From assembly GCA_964016885.1 (NCBI GenBank), contig OZ024740.1, positions 271,746,001 through 271,810,000 of the forward strand: DNA of 64,000 bases, written 5' to 3'. Positions 23,201-33,201 of the stretch are shown in pieces. Every line of letters starts with the position of its first letter. Position 1 is the stretch's first letter. This DNA is from Eledone cirrhosa (Eukaryota). Both the position numbers and the translations under genes were made by a program. The notes under the pieces are model-generated. The model worked only from the letters and a program-made list of their open reading frames with translations, was not told the origin of the DNA and did no database searches.

Positions 23201-26200
23201 TTTGTGGCATATATTAACGACATAGATGCCAACTTACAGAATGCCACAGTACTAAAATATGCAGATGACATCAAGCTGTACCTTGAAATCAAAAGGACTG
23301 ATCCTGAAATTTACAACTCTTTCCTACAATCAGACCTGGACACAATGCAGCAATGGATCACAGACTGGCAACTGAAGCTGGCTGTGGACAAGTGTACCAC
23401 CATGCATTTTGGAAGGAAAAATCCAGCGTCCACATACTCCCTCCACAACACTGATATCAAAAAGTCCTCTTGTGAACGTGACCTGGGCATTACTGTCAGC
23501 AACGATTTGCATTGGACAAAGCATGTCTCTAAGATTGTCAAGAAGGCCGAGGGTGTCTTGGCATCACTCAGCAAGACCTTTGTTAGCCGCTCTCCAGCCA
23601 TCTATTTAAAACTGTATACAGCTATGGTACGACCACACTTGGAATTTGCATCATCAGTCTGGAACCCCTATCTTGCTCAGAACATTGACCTCCTGGAAAC
23701 TGTTCAGAGACGTGCAACCAAGTGCATACCCTCCATCAGACACCTACCATACTCTGAACGCCTTGCTTCCCTGGGCATGGATTCATTGAAGCTCCGACGT
23801 CTGACAATGGACTTGGTGAATACCCACAAAGTTTTTAACCATCTCGCCAATTGCAACCCTGAGCGCCTCTTTGATCTCCATGTGTCTAACACACGTGGAC
23901 ATGCCTACAAGATCAGAAAACAGCACAGCTCCCATGACTTTTGTAGACATTTTTTCACGCTCAGAGTTGCTGAAGCATGGAACAAACTGCCTGCGTCAAT
24001 TGTTAGCTGCCGAGACACTGCATCCTTTAAGACACTCATGCTTCCCGAAATACGCCAAAACTACACCCGATGTACCCCTTCCATGCACATGCACACATGT
24101 GTGTATCATGACTCGTGCACTGTTCATTTTACTGATGTTTGTGCATTGCCCTATGTACTGTACATGCACTTTTTTGATGAGTTGTGGTGCACCTGGGCAC
24201 TGTACACAATATTTCGTTATTGTTATTATATCATGACTCGTACACTGTTCATTTTCCTGACATTTGTACATTATTCTATGTACTATACATGCACCTTTGA
24301 TGAGTTGTAGTGCACCTGAGCACTGTGCACAATAATTTCATTGTTATTGTTATTATTATAATTTTATTTAAGACCTCTACATTGTTATCTTAGTAATGAA
24401 AGGATTAATAATTTTAGTAAATCCTTCAAAATTCTTCATTAATTAATTAAAATAGTATATTTAATTAAAAATAGGGTCATGAAAGAGTTAAATATAATTT
24501 TTAAAATATGCCAATAATATTACCATTTTTCATGGCATAAATGCACTAACCATGATAAATATCAAGGTTTGATCTATGGTTATTCATATGCTGATCTATA
24601 TACTGACTGACTTGTAAGTGGGTTGAGCTGGCTCCATTGAAAGAATTCATGGAGTTTCTTTGGGCGATTGGTTTCACTAACAATGCCCAGCTGCAAATAT
24701 ATATTCACAAGTGCCCACAAAATACTAGCTCTTTCAATTGCGCAGAGGGTTCTATAGAAATAGTGGACAGCTTCCGTTACCTGGGTGACAAAATCAGCAG
24801 TGGGGGAGGGTGCTCTGAAAGTACAGTAGCTAGAGTCAGAACTGGATGGAAAAAGTTCAGAGAGCTTATACCACTATTAGCCGCTAAAGGGTTCTCCCTA
24901 AAAATGAAAGGCAGGCTGTATGATGCCTGCATACGAACAGCAATGTTGTATGGCAGTGAGACCTAGGCATTGTGTGCAGAGGATAGACGCAGACTAGAGA
25001 GGAACGAAGCTTGCATGTTCTGCTGGATGTGTAATAGTAATATACGTGAACGGCAAAGCATAAACGAACTAAGGGAAAAATTAGAAATAAGAGGGATCAG
25101 ATGTTGTTTACTCGAGAGAAGGCTACGTTGGTATGGTCACGTAATGCGCATGAAAGACGACAGCTGTATAAAAAAGTGCAGGGCAATAAAGATAGACGGT
25201 AGCCACGGAGTAGGCAGAGCCAGAAAAACCTGGGACGACCTGGTAAATTCCGACCTCACACACTTACACCTCTCCAAGACAATGTCACTGGACCGAGATC
25301 TTTGGCGGTACTCAGTAATAGAGAAGACCCGCCTTACCTAAATACAAAGTAAAACCTACTACAGTCAGTAGGCATCTCTAACAAAATACACCGCCCCCAC
25401 CCCATCCACACCGCCCCTTTCAATGTAAAGTTATGTTGGTGCCACAACATCCAGGCCGAAACAAATGAGATCGTGTAGGTGTCACGACAAAGAAAACACA
25501 CAGTCCACGCTGTAATGTGGCCGTGTAGGCAACACGGTAAAAACCTCCCAGTCCCACACTGTAAATGCGGTTGGTGTTAGGAAAGGCATCCAGCTGTAGA
25601 AAACCCGCCAGACAGTCCACGCTGTAATGTGGCCGTGTAGGCAACACGGTAAAAACCTCCCAGCCCCACACTGTAAATGTGGTTGGTGTTAGGAAGGGCA
25701 TCCAGCTGTAGAAAACCCGCCAGACAGTCCACGCTGTAATGTGGCCGTGTAGGTAACACGGTAAAAACCTCCCAGCCCCACACTGTAAATGTGGTTGGTG
25801 TTAGGAAGGGCATCCAACTGTAGAAAACCTGCCAGACAGTCCTATGCGAGAAAGACAACCACTCTTGCCTCAAGTGGGAAAACTCCCGTCCAAACCCATG
25901 CAAGCGTGGAACATGGACGTTAAACGATGATGATGATGATGATTACGATAGTGCAATCCAAACATTGAATCGGTTATAATGTCAAGTTCTCGCTTTTGCA
26001 CCCAACCAAATTTGGTGGAGCCAATGCCTCAGCGGAGATGCATGGGAGGGAGTTTGGCCAGCAGAGGTGATAAACACATAATCTATATAGATAAATAACA
26101 ACTGGTTTTAAGGAGATGAAGTTTGCGCTAATCATCTTAGTTTGTTTTCTAAGAATAGGACATTTGAATGTAGCAGGAGTATTTACCTATCAAATTTTAT

Positions 26201-27440
26201 AGGGAATTGAAATAAAAAAAATAATGCTTATAGTGCAAAAAAGTCATACTTGAGTGACAATGCACCTCATAATAAGAGAATCCAACCATAGAAACTATGC
26301 CAAAATGGAATGTATGGTCAAGACATGGTCATCTGACCTGTCTAGACTCAGATCGTGACAAGCCATGCCAAAATGGAAAATAAACATAAAACAAGGATGA
26401 TAATGTTGGACATGGAGCAATATAGAGTGAAGTGCTTTGCTCAACAACACAAGACACACATCTCTGGGAGTCAAACACATGGTATTATGATCACGAACCC
26501 AACACCTTCACCGTTTTGCAGTAGTTACACTATATATACTCAGACTTTAGTGGTGTTCTAGTGATCACTGAGTTATTAAGCTATCTTTATAGCAATTCTG
26601 TGCTTGAGCACATCATCCTGTATATAAATATATATATATCATCATCACTTTTATGTCCGCTTTTCCATGCTTGCATGGGTTGGACAGATATATATATATA
26701 TATATATATATATGGTGTTAGGAAGGGCATCCAACCATAGAGACCAAGCCAAAATCAGTTCTGTATGAGCAAGACATGGTCACCTGACCTGGCCTATCTC
26801 GCAATGGGACAACTTGTTTAACCCATGCTAGCGTGGAAAAATGACCATTAAATGGTGATGATTATATATATATATATATGAGTTCGGATCTAGCTGTCAA
26901 AACGGCCGGAGCTCAGCCGTCGGAGTCCTGACTCTTTTCCTATATTCTAGTGCGGGTAAAATTCCCGAGATCCATGGACGCGTTCTCTCCAGCGGTCTCT
27001 GTCTCTCATTATCGCTGCCATGTCCTGCGTCTCCAACAGACCAGTGTCTGTCCTTAGGGCATCAACATACGTTAACCTTGGTCTTCCTCTTCCAGTGTGT
27101 CCATGTAGGGGCTCCCACAGGCGCACTCAGTGCAATGTCAACTCTGGATGTCGGTGAGCATATCCAGCTAAGCTCAGTCTCCTCTGTGTCACTTTTGAGC
27201 TGACTTTTGGGAGGCTCCCATACAGCTCTGAGTTTTTCATCCTCAGTGTATACTGATTAATGTTCAGAGCCATCCTCAGCATTCTCGTGTAGCACCCATC
27301 CACCATCTGAGTGAGTTTCTTGGTCAGTGTCCAAGTCTCAGATCCGTACAGCAGCACAGACTCCACTACAGCAATGAAGAGGCGGATTTTCAGGTCTTTA
27401 CGAAGGTCTGACTTCCACACCGATCTCAAGCTGTGATTTT

Positions 27441-27473
<33 letters not shown>

Positions 27474-30400
27474 AGGCACATAGCTTAGTGGTTAGAGCAT
27501 TGGTCTTGCAATTGAAAGGTTGTGAGTTCAATTCTCAGACTGGGTGATGTGTTGTTTCCTTGAGCAAGACACTTTATTTCACATTACTCCAGTTTACTCA
27601 GCTGTAGAAATGAGATGATAGGGACTGGGATCCATATCATTCCACTGCAAAGTGGTCGTGGAGGTGCCACGGCAAAAAAGCACCCAGCACTCACTGTAAA
27701 TGAGGTTGGTGTTAGGAAGGGCATCCAGCTGTAGAAATCAAGCCAGAATCAGTTCCCGTCCCACCCTTGCAAGCAGGGAAAAGCAGACGTAAAATGAAAT
27801 GATGATGATATATATATATATATATATATACATACACACACATATATATATATATAAAATGTGGGTAATATTAAATATTATCCAATTACAAGTACGAGAA
27901 TAGCTCAATGTAAAATAACAAGTATATTACAGAACTGAAATACTTTATAGACAACAATCAAAGAGTGTCTAGAACATTTAATCACTTACGATCAAACTTT
28001 TTATATCCATTATTGAAATTATATTTTGGAGATGCATTTTTTATATTTTTAAATTTATATTTGAACTGCTCTTTATAAACTTTTGCAATGCTTATGATAT
28101 ATGTTTATTTACTAATTATGATATACGTCTTGCACTATACTTAACTTCTCTATAACAGCATGTTTTAAAATTTTTTAATGCTTTTAGCTGCTCCTAATTT
28201 TATTTTATTGCATTTATATGCTCATAGTTTTCATATGCTTCTTCTGCCTTTGCTATCTTTTATATAAATGTTGATACTTATGCTTACTTCCCATATTATG
28301 TATCCTCATAATGTTCTTATGACAAACTTCTGATATTATATTAGTGTTTCAACCTTTATTATATACTCCGATGATTCCAGCCTTGAGCTAGGATGAAACG
28401 ATCGTGATTAAATGTTCTAAAGACTCTTTAAGTGTTGTTTATAAAGTTATGTATATATATATATATATATATCCTTAGCACTTAAAAGCCAAAAATTTGA
28501 CTTCCTACATTCTTTACACTTTATTGATACCATATAAATATATATAATCTTGTGTGTCTGTGTAGCTTATTTTCTATTAATAATTGTTTGAATCTTTTTC
28601 TCATTCTAGGATGTTTTCAGTGTAAAAAATGACATCAGCTCATTACGTTTGGATGAAGAGTTACCCGTGTTTGAATCTAAAAATACAGAAAATCTGGGTG
28701 ATCTTTACCTTGGCTTCCTCAAATATTATGCTCTTGACTTTGAGTAAGCTAACATTATCATAAAATATTGTTGGTGAATTCCTTAAGATATAGAAATAAT
28801 CTCTCAATGAGTTTTGATACTGTTTTGACTTGGATTCTCAGTTGTAGATATTTCACTTGAGTTATGTTTCTTTTAAAAAAGGCATGAATATCGCATAATC
28901 TTGCCTTTGTAAGAAATCAGTCATGAGACTGAATTTGTTTATACGGAGCAGATTTACATTAGTTCTAACTGGTCCACATCATCATCATCATTATGATGAA
29001 TATTTTGATGTGCTTCTTCTTAGTGCAGAAACCTACAAGTTGTGGTTTCTTTCTCTCTCTCTCCCCTCCTCCCACATCATAAGTCTCAGTGTCACTGCAA
29101 AAGTCAACAACTCTGCCCTTTCTCCTCTGACTAAGCTATAAAAAGATTTGTGTTTTGTTTTTGTTTTTTAAATTGTAGAAAGAAAAGCCGGCTGATATAA
29201 ACTGACCCCACTTTTTGTCTGAGAAATGGGCAAAAATCCGAACCCTATTTACATCAAATTTGAAGTTGATGAAAATCGTCAAAATATTATTTTTCCCCTC
29301 TCCCCCCACTTCGATTGATTGGGGGGTGAGGATGTTACATATTCCTCAGCTTATATTCAAGTGTATACAATATTTTCAAATGTCTCTTATCTACTAACAC
29401 TCCTACTCTACTGTCTGTGTCTTCTTTTCTCTACTAAGTCTTAATTATAACTTAATTTTTTTTCTCCTTTCTTGATTTCTACCTGTTTTTATCCCAGGAA
29501 GATCTTTGACTCAGTTTTTTTTGCTTTTGTGATGGATTCTGAGATGCATTTAACCTCCATGCTAGATTTGGTAAATAGTTTGAGTAATGGTGGTGTTGTT
29601 TCAAAACAAACATTCATGTTTATTATAGAGATTACACTGAGTTACTTAGATGCAAATCTTTAATAATATAGTCACCTAGATATAAAAATAAATCTGTTTA
29701 TTTCATTTCAGTTTTAAAAATGATGTTGTATCTGTGTGTACAGGGACCAAGCTACCACTGGAGGAGGTAAAATTAAAAGTTGGCACTCCTCAACAATGGA
29801 AATTTCTTTGTATTGAAGGTAATTTTTTTTTTCTACCAGAAAATACTCAGCTTGTTTGTGTTAAAATAAAGTTGATGTTTAATACATGTGAGTGATCTAT
29901 GGGAAATTGTTCTTGTTGTGAAGTGTGAACCGAAATGAGACAGAAAATGGTTGGCGGGGTTGAATCTTCTTCTTCAACTCTGAAAAGTCCATTGTTGGAC
30001 ATATGCCTTTGCCGATCCTGAACCATTCGTGGCCAAAATGTTTTCAATTTTCTCGAGGTTGTCTCACCAACTGAACTAGATTTTCCTCAAATTACACTAA
30101 ACCACAGATATATAAGCTGAAAGAAAACATTCACTTTTGATCTATTATTTCGTTTACATCCATTTTATCTTGATACATATGATTAACAGCCACAAAAATA
30201 TCATGGGACACAAAATAGTACCTTTCATTTGTCTAGTTTTTACTTTGTTATTTTTGATGAAAATCATTCATTGACATCATCATTTAATGTCTACTTTCCT
30301 TGCTAGCAAGAGTTAGATGGGTCTACATAGATCAAGTCAGTACTAAAGCAGGGCTATTGACCTCCGGACAGGTCATCATCATCATTATCATCTTCGTTTA

Positions 30401-33053
30401 ACGTCCATCTTCCACGCTAGCATGGGTTAGACGAGAGTTGTCCCACTTGAGGCAAGGTTGGTTGGGTGACCGTGTCTTGCTCGTATAGTACTGTCTGGCA
30501 GGTTTTCTACAGCTGGATGCCCTTCCTAACACTAACCACATTTACAGTGTGGAACTGGGAACTCTTTACCTACACGGCCACATTACAGCGTGGACTGTGT
30601 TTTTGTCGTGACACCTACACGATCTCGATCTCATTATCTCATTTATTTGGACTGATGTTGTGGTACCAACTTTACAGAGAGAGGGTGGTGTTGGTGGGAG
30701 TGGGAGGATGGGGTAGTGGATTGGGGTGTATATTTGGTTAAGAGGTGCCTACTGACTGTAAGTTTCACTTTGTACATAGGCAAGGCAGGTCTTCTGTATT
30801 ACTGCGTAGCGCCAAAGATCTCAATCCAGTGACATTGTCTTAGAGAGGTGCAAGTGTGTAAGGTCAGAATTTATCAGATCGTCCCAGGTTTTTCTGGGTC
30901 TACATACTCCGTAACTACCATCAATTTTGATCGCCCTGCACTTTTTTATACAGCTGTCGTCTTTCATGCGCATCACGTGGCCATATCAACGTAGTCTTCT
31001 CTCAAGTAAACAGCATCTGATCCCTCTTATTCCTAATTTCTCACTTAGTTCATTTATGCTTTGCCATTCACGTATATTACTATTACACTTCCAACGGAGC
31101 ATGCATGCTTTGTTCCTTTCCAGTCTGCACAGGTCCTCTGCACGCAATGCTCACGTCTCACTGCCATGTAGCATCGCTGTTCGTATACAGGCATCATACA
31201 ATCTGCCTTTCATTTTTAGAGAGAAACCTTTTGTGGCTAACAGAGGTATAAGCTCTCTGAACCTTTTTCATGCCGTTCTGACTCTGGCTACTGTACTTTC
31301 AGAACACCCTCCTCCACTGCTGATTTTGTCACCCAGGTAACGGAAAGTGTCCACTGTTTCTATAGAACCATCTGGGCAATAGAAGGAGCTAGTATCCTGT
31401 GGGCACTTGCTACTTATTGCACCTGAGCATCGGCCACATATAAAGTCTACGTTCTTAGATAGTTTACCTGTGATCCCACTACATCTTTTATGTACCCATA
31501 CTTTGCATTTGGGACATAAAATGGAATTTCTGCCTACTCCTTTCCTACACACTGAGCATGGCCATTTCCCTGAGGGCACCTGTGCCCTATTTTCCTTTCT
31601 ACAAGCTAGAACTTTAGTCTTAGACAAGTTAACTTTAAGGCCTTTTGATTCTAGGCCATGCTTCCATGTTTGGAATTTCTTCTCTAATTCAGCTATAAGC
31701 TTTAGATCATCTGTGCAAAGGAGTTTCCATGGGCAGCCGATCTTGAACTCCTCTGTTATAGCCTGAAGGGCAATAATAAATAGGAGGGGACTAAGGACAG
31801 AGCCTTGATAAACACCAACTTTTACACTAAATTCTTCACAAATCCCACTTACATACGATCATGTCAAGTGCACAGGAGAAGTTGTCTTTTTGCACAAACT
31901 GAAGGGTTCTCCTAACCCCTTGTTGGGCAAGCTTTCTATGGCTGAATACCCTTCCTATCACCAACCACTTTACAGTGTGTTCTGGGTGTATTTATCGTGT
32001 AGATCCTCAACACTAGAGAGGTTGTGCCTTGACACAACTAAAGGGTTCTCTCAGCCCTTATGATTTAATTAATTATCCCCAAAAAATGGAAAAGCACCCA
32101 TTACCACAGTCATTCACTACTAAAGAGTCCACTGTTGCAAAATGAACTTTGGTACTTATTTGCACTATAATTCAATGAAGGGTATTTCTGTTGATCAAAC
32201 AACTAGAGTACTCATCAAAACCAGCAATAGATCAACCCTTATTTTTAAGAATGGCATTTAACATTGGATGGCAGTGAATTGGCAGTCATTAGAATGCTTT
32301 ACATTATTCATCCTTCCAAGTTTCTTCCTCTTCGCCCACTTATTCGTGGGATAGTTGTCGAGGCAGTCTTCAAGCACGTCTTCCAGCAGGTCTTGTCAGA
32401 AGCAACTGTCTCCAATTGATCCAGCTGGAACCCAAAGCGAAAAAGCTGAACTCATCGATATTTTCCAATCATCTTACTTGGGATCTTTCACTGGGTCTCC
32501 TGCTGGTTGTTGATTTTGCCTACAAAATCTGACCAACAATTCTTTCTTGAGACATTCTAATCACATGTCCGTAATATCAGAGCTGTGATCTCTCAATTTG
32601 GAGAAGAGTCTGCTCTATCTAAAGCGACTGATCTCTGAGCTACATACATTGAGTAATGTTACTCCAAAGATCCTCCAAAGGTACCCTATTTCGGCCACTT
32701 TTTCATCACTGAAATCTTGCATGCATTAATTTCAACACTTATTAATAACTGCATTGTTTCTTTCCCAAGGACTATGTTGAAAAATATACTTCATTTGGTC
32801 ATTCCATGAGAGTATCTTGGTCAACCTATGAACGTTTCAGCTGACCCTCGTATATACATATACACAGTTTTATTTTATTTTTATGAAATGTGATTTATTT
32901 ATTCTATTTCTAGAACCCTTTGACCATTCTAACACTGCTCGAGCAGTATTCGATGCAGACACATTCAGTAGGATTCGCCGAGTTTTTCAATCCAGCTACA
33001 GAAGATTAAGCAAGAAACGAGAAGTAAATGACATACTTTGCCGACAATTTTGA
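7920..33053 (+). CDS. TENT2: Cytoplasmic poly(A) RNA polymerase GLD-2 (TENT2/PAPD4), 12 coding exons, 1416 nt, 471 aa
   Basis: Exons 7920-8245, 9853-9970, 10979-11093, 12993-13084, 14772-14835, 15152-15218, 16942-17018, 19001-19129, 22412-22458, 28610-28743, 29712-29818, 32914-33053. All introns are GT-AG and the phases join into one frame. Motifs GSSMSGFGTNKSDMDLCL, AKVPILKF, ECDLNINNSVGIRNT, RVRPLVLFIKYW, INDA..TISSYSL, LGDLYLGFLKYYA and CIEEPFDHSNTARAV match the GLD-2 family as I recall it. An in-frame stop lies upstream of the ATG. Confidence 0.95.
8611..8988 (-). mobile_element. RTE family B 3' fragment
   Basis: MRRLERNEASMLRWMC..RLRWYGHV..GRPRKT; tail matches 50950-51008. Confidence 0.88.
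9853..9970 (+). CDS. TENT2: GLD-2 exon 2, KRQLDDEKYNDQKRQRL (bipartite NLS-like) to GDK
   Basis: aag|GAGG acceptor after a pyrimidine tract, AAG|gtaaaa donor; resembles vertebrate KRLSDEK..KRQR. Confidence 0.85.
10979..11093 (+). CDS. TENT2: GLD-2 exon 3 (LSTAIINYF..GVFP)
   Basis: ttctag| acceptor, |gtaagt donor, open frame. Confidence 0.92.
11576..12037. repeat. Direct duplication of about 150 bp (11576-11730 and 11890-12037, spacing about 314 bp)
   Basis: tagaattaaggtgttc..tacatatctagcgata..gctgatgactagagccatca occurs twice. Confidence 0.85.
12993..13084 (+). CDS. TENT2: GLD-2 exon 4, catalytic GSS..DMD motif
   Basis: YCGLYAVGSSMSGFGTNKSDMDLCLMLSREQ; ttcag| and |gttagt. Confidence 0.96.
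14772..14835 (+). CDS. TENT2: GLD-2 exon 5 (IDQKCEATEILKLVHKGFKKC)
   Basis: tatag| and |gtaagt; phase consistent. Confidence 0.92.
14914..15085 (+). mobile_element. tRNA-derived SINE family 2 (TTGGCAGTATCGGTAGAG..GAGTTCAAATCCC..CTTTCATCCTTACGGGGTCGATAAAA..GTACCAG)
   Basis: A/B-box-like head plus a conserved central block. Near-identical copies at 45376-45560+ and 57555-57734-; older copies near 9184, 22706, 34710-, 39960, 46330-. Confidence 0.85.
15152..15218 (+). CDS. TENT2: GLD-2 exon 6 (FITTSQVIKAKVPILKFWDDI)
   Basis: AKVPI motif; tttag| and |gtaaga. Confidence 0.95.
15671..15846. mobile_element. Tc1/mariner (Tigger-like) MITE
   Basis: TA-CAGTGAAATTCTGTTATAACGA..CGTTATAACTGAATT..CTG-TA inverted ends; similar element at about 54152-54460. 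Confidence 0.65.
16255..16505 (+). mobile_element. CR1-type LINE 3' fragment
   Basis: SNTRGHAHKVRKQHSSH matches 23880-24110. Confidence 0.85.
16942..17018 (+). CDS. TENT2: GLD-2 exon 7 (NVECDLNINNSVGIRNTHLLKAYAS), third catalytic Asp
   Basis: ttcag| and |gtatgc; family motif. Confidence 0.95.
17097..17290. mobile_element. Mariner-type MITE of about 190 bp; copies at 20422-20609 and about 32700-32852
   Basis: Terminal inverted repeats of consensus GAGGGT(T/C)GGCTGAAAAGTTCATAGG, mostly with TA flanks. Confidence 0.8.
19001..19129 (+). CDS. TENT2: GLD-2 exon 8 (DWRVRPLVLFIKYW..IHYLQ)
   Basis: tttag| and |gtaagt; family motif. Confidence 0.96.
20908..22074 (+). mobile_element. Non-autonomous Helitron (1167 bp)
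   Basis: 5' TC, subterminal hairpin CCCG-AGCAACGC-CGGG (22047-22062), 3' CTAG, inserted between A and T without a TSD; the empty site is visible in the MITE copy near 47810. Confidence 0.9.
21415..21770. repeat. 75-bp minisatellite, about 4.7 copies, inside the Helitron
   Basis: Units start at 21415, 21489, 21564, 21639, 21714. Confidence 0.95.
22412..22458 (+). CDS. TENT2: GLD-2 exon 9 (GCSPPVLPSLQKLYP)
   Basis: ttcag| and |gtatgt; PPVLPSLQ motif. Confidence 0.93.
23161..24360 (+). mobile_element. CR1-type LINE, 5'-truncated (RT YADD plus C-terminus) with duplicated 3' end, inserted in a TTAA MITE (23061-24491)
   Basis: GVPQGSVLGP, YADDIKLY, ERDLG, RPHLEFASSVWNP, TRGH, WNKLP; (TTA)n tail twice (about 24230 and 24360); flanks TTAACTCTTT..AAAGAGTTAA. 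Confidence 0.92.
24707..25943 (+). mobile_element. RTE family A 3' portion with expanded 3'UTR
   Basis: FRYLG, MLYGSET*, RLRWYGHV, KTRLT* then 3'UTR and (GAT)n. Confidence 0.93.
25501..25842. repeat. 112-bp tandem repeat x3 inside the RTE-A 3'UTR
   Basis: CAGTCC at 25501, 25613, 25725, 25837. Confidence 0.95.
26946..27436 (-). mobile_element. RTE-type LINE (third family) 3' fragment with 11-bp TSD
   Basis: LKIRLFIAVVESVLLYGSETWTLT..GRPRLTYVD; TTTTCCTATAT at 26935-26945 and 27437-27447. Confidence 0.88.
27471..27809 (+). mobile_element. Composite SINE: tRNA head, CORE-like domain, GGTGTTAGGAAGGGCATCC module, RTE family B tail
   Basis: Second, 5'-truncated copy at 45566-45825; tail nearly identical to 50950-50993. 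Confidence 0.85.
27856..28452 (+). mobile_element. Putative Penelope-like element remnant with inverted terminal segment and decayed hammerhead motif
   Basis: Inverted repeat 27942-27993 / 28399-28448; CCGATGA-hairpin-GAAACGATCG at 28368-28404; flanked by (TA)n. Confidence 0.55.
28610..28743 (+). CDS. TENT2: GLD-2 exon 10 (..SKNTENLGDLYLGFLKYYALDF), PAP-associated domain
   Basis: ttctag| and |gtaagc. Confidence 0.95.
29712..29818 (+). CDS. TENT2: GLD-2 exon 11 (FKNDVVSVCTG..WKFLCIE)
   Basis: ttcag| and |gtaatt. Confidence 0.93.
30374..31839 (-). mobile_element. RTE family A, 5'-truncated copy
   Basis: KWPCSVCRKG..WVHKRC, FRYLG; (CAT)n tail on + at 30374. Confidence 0.92.
32322..32700 (-). 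mobile_element. Rex3/Expander-like RTE 3' fragment with (GAA)n-type tail; copies at 41345-41597+, 52844-53056-, 53325-53580-
   Basis: Translation of the 53398-53560 copy: KPTGRRPRTK..WLDNIDELRWSRSGIQPDQLETVASDR. Confidence 0.7.
32914..33053 (+). CDS. TENT2: GLD-2 last coding exon (EPFDHSNTARAVF..CRQF*)
   Basis: ttctag| acceptor, nucleotide-recognition motif, TGA at 33051-33053. Confidence 0.95.
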
Positions 33054-33169
33054 CGACTGCATTGTTTTTTATATATATATCAACCAATCTTGGAAGTAAT
33101 TAATGTCAAGTTGGCCAACTGTTAAACAAGGTTTTCCAGACATTGTTAAATGTTTTGGAGGCTTGCCTT

Positions 33170-33201
<32 letters not shown>

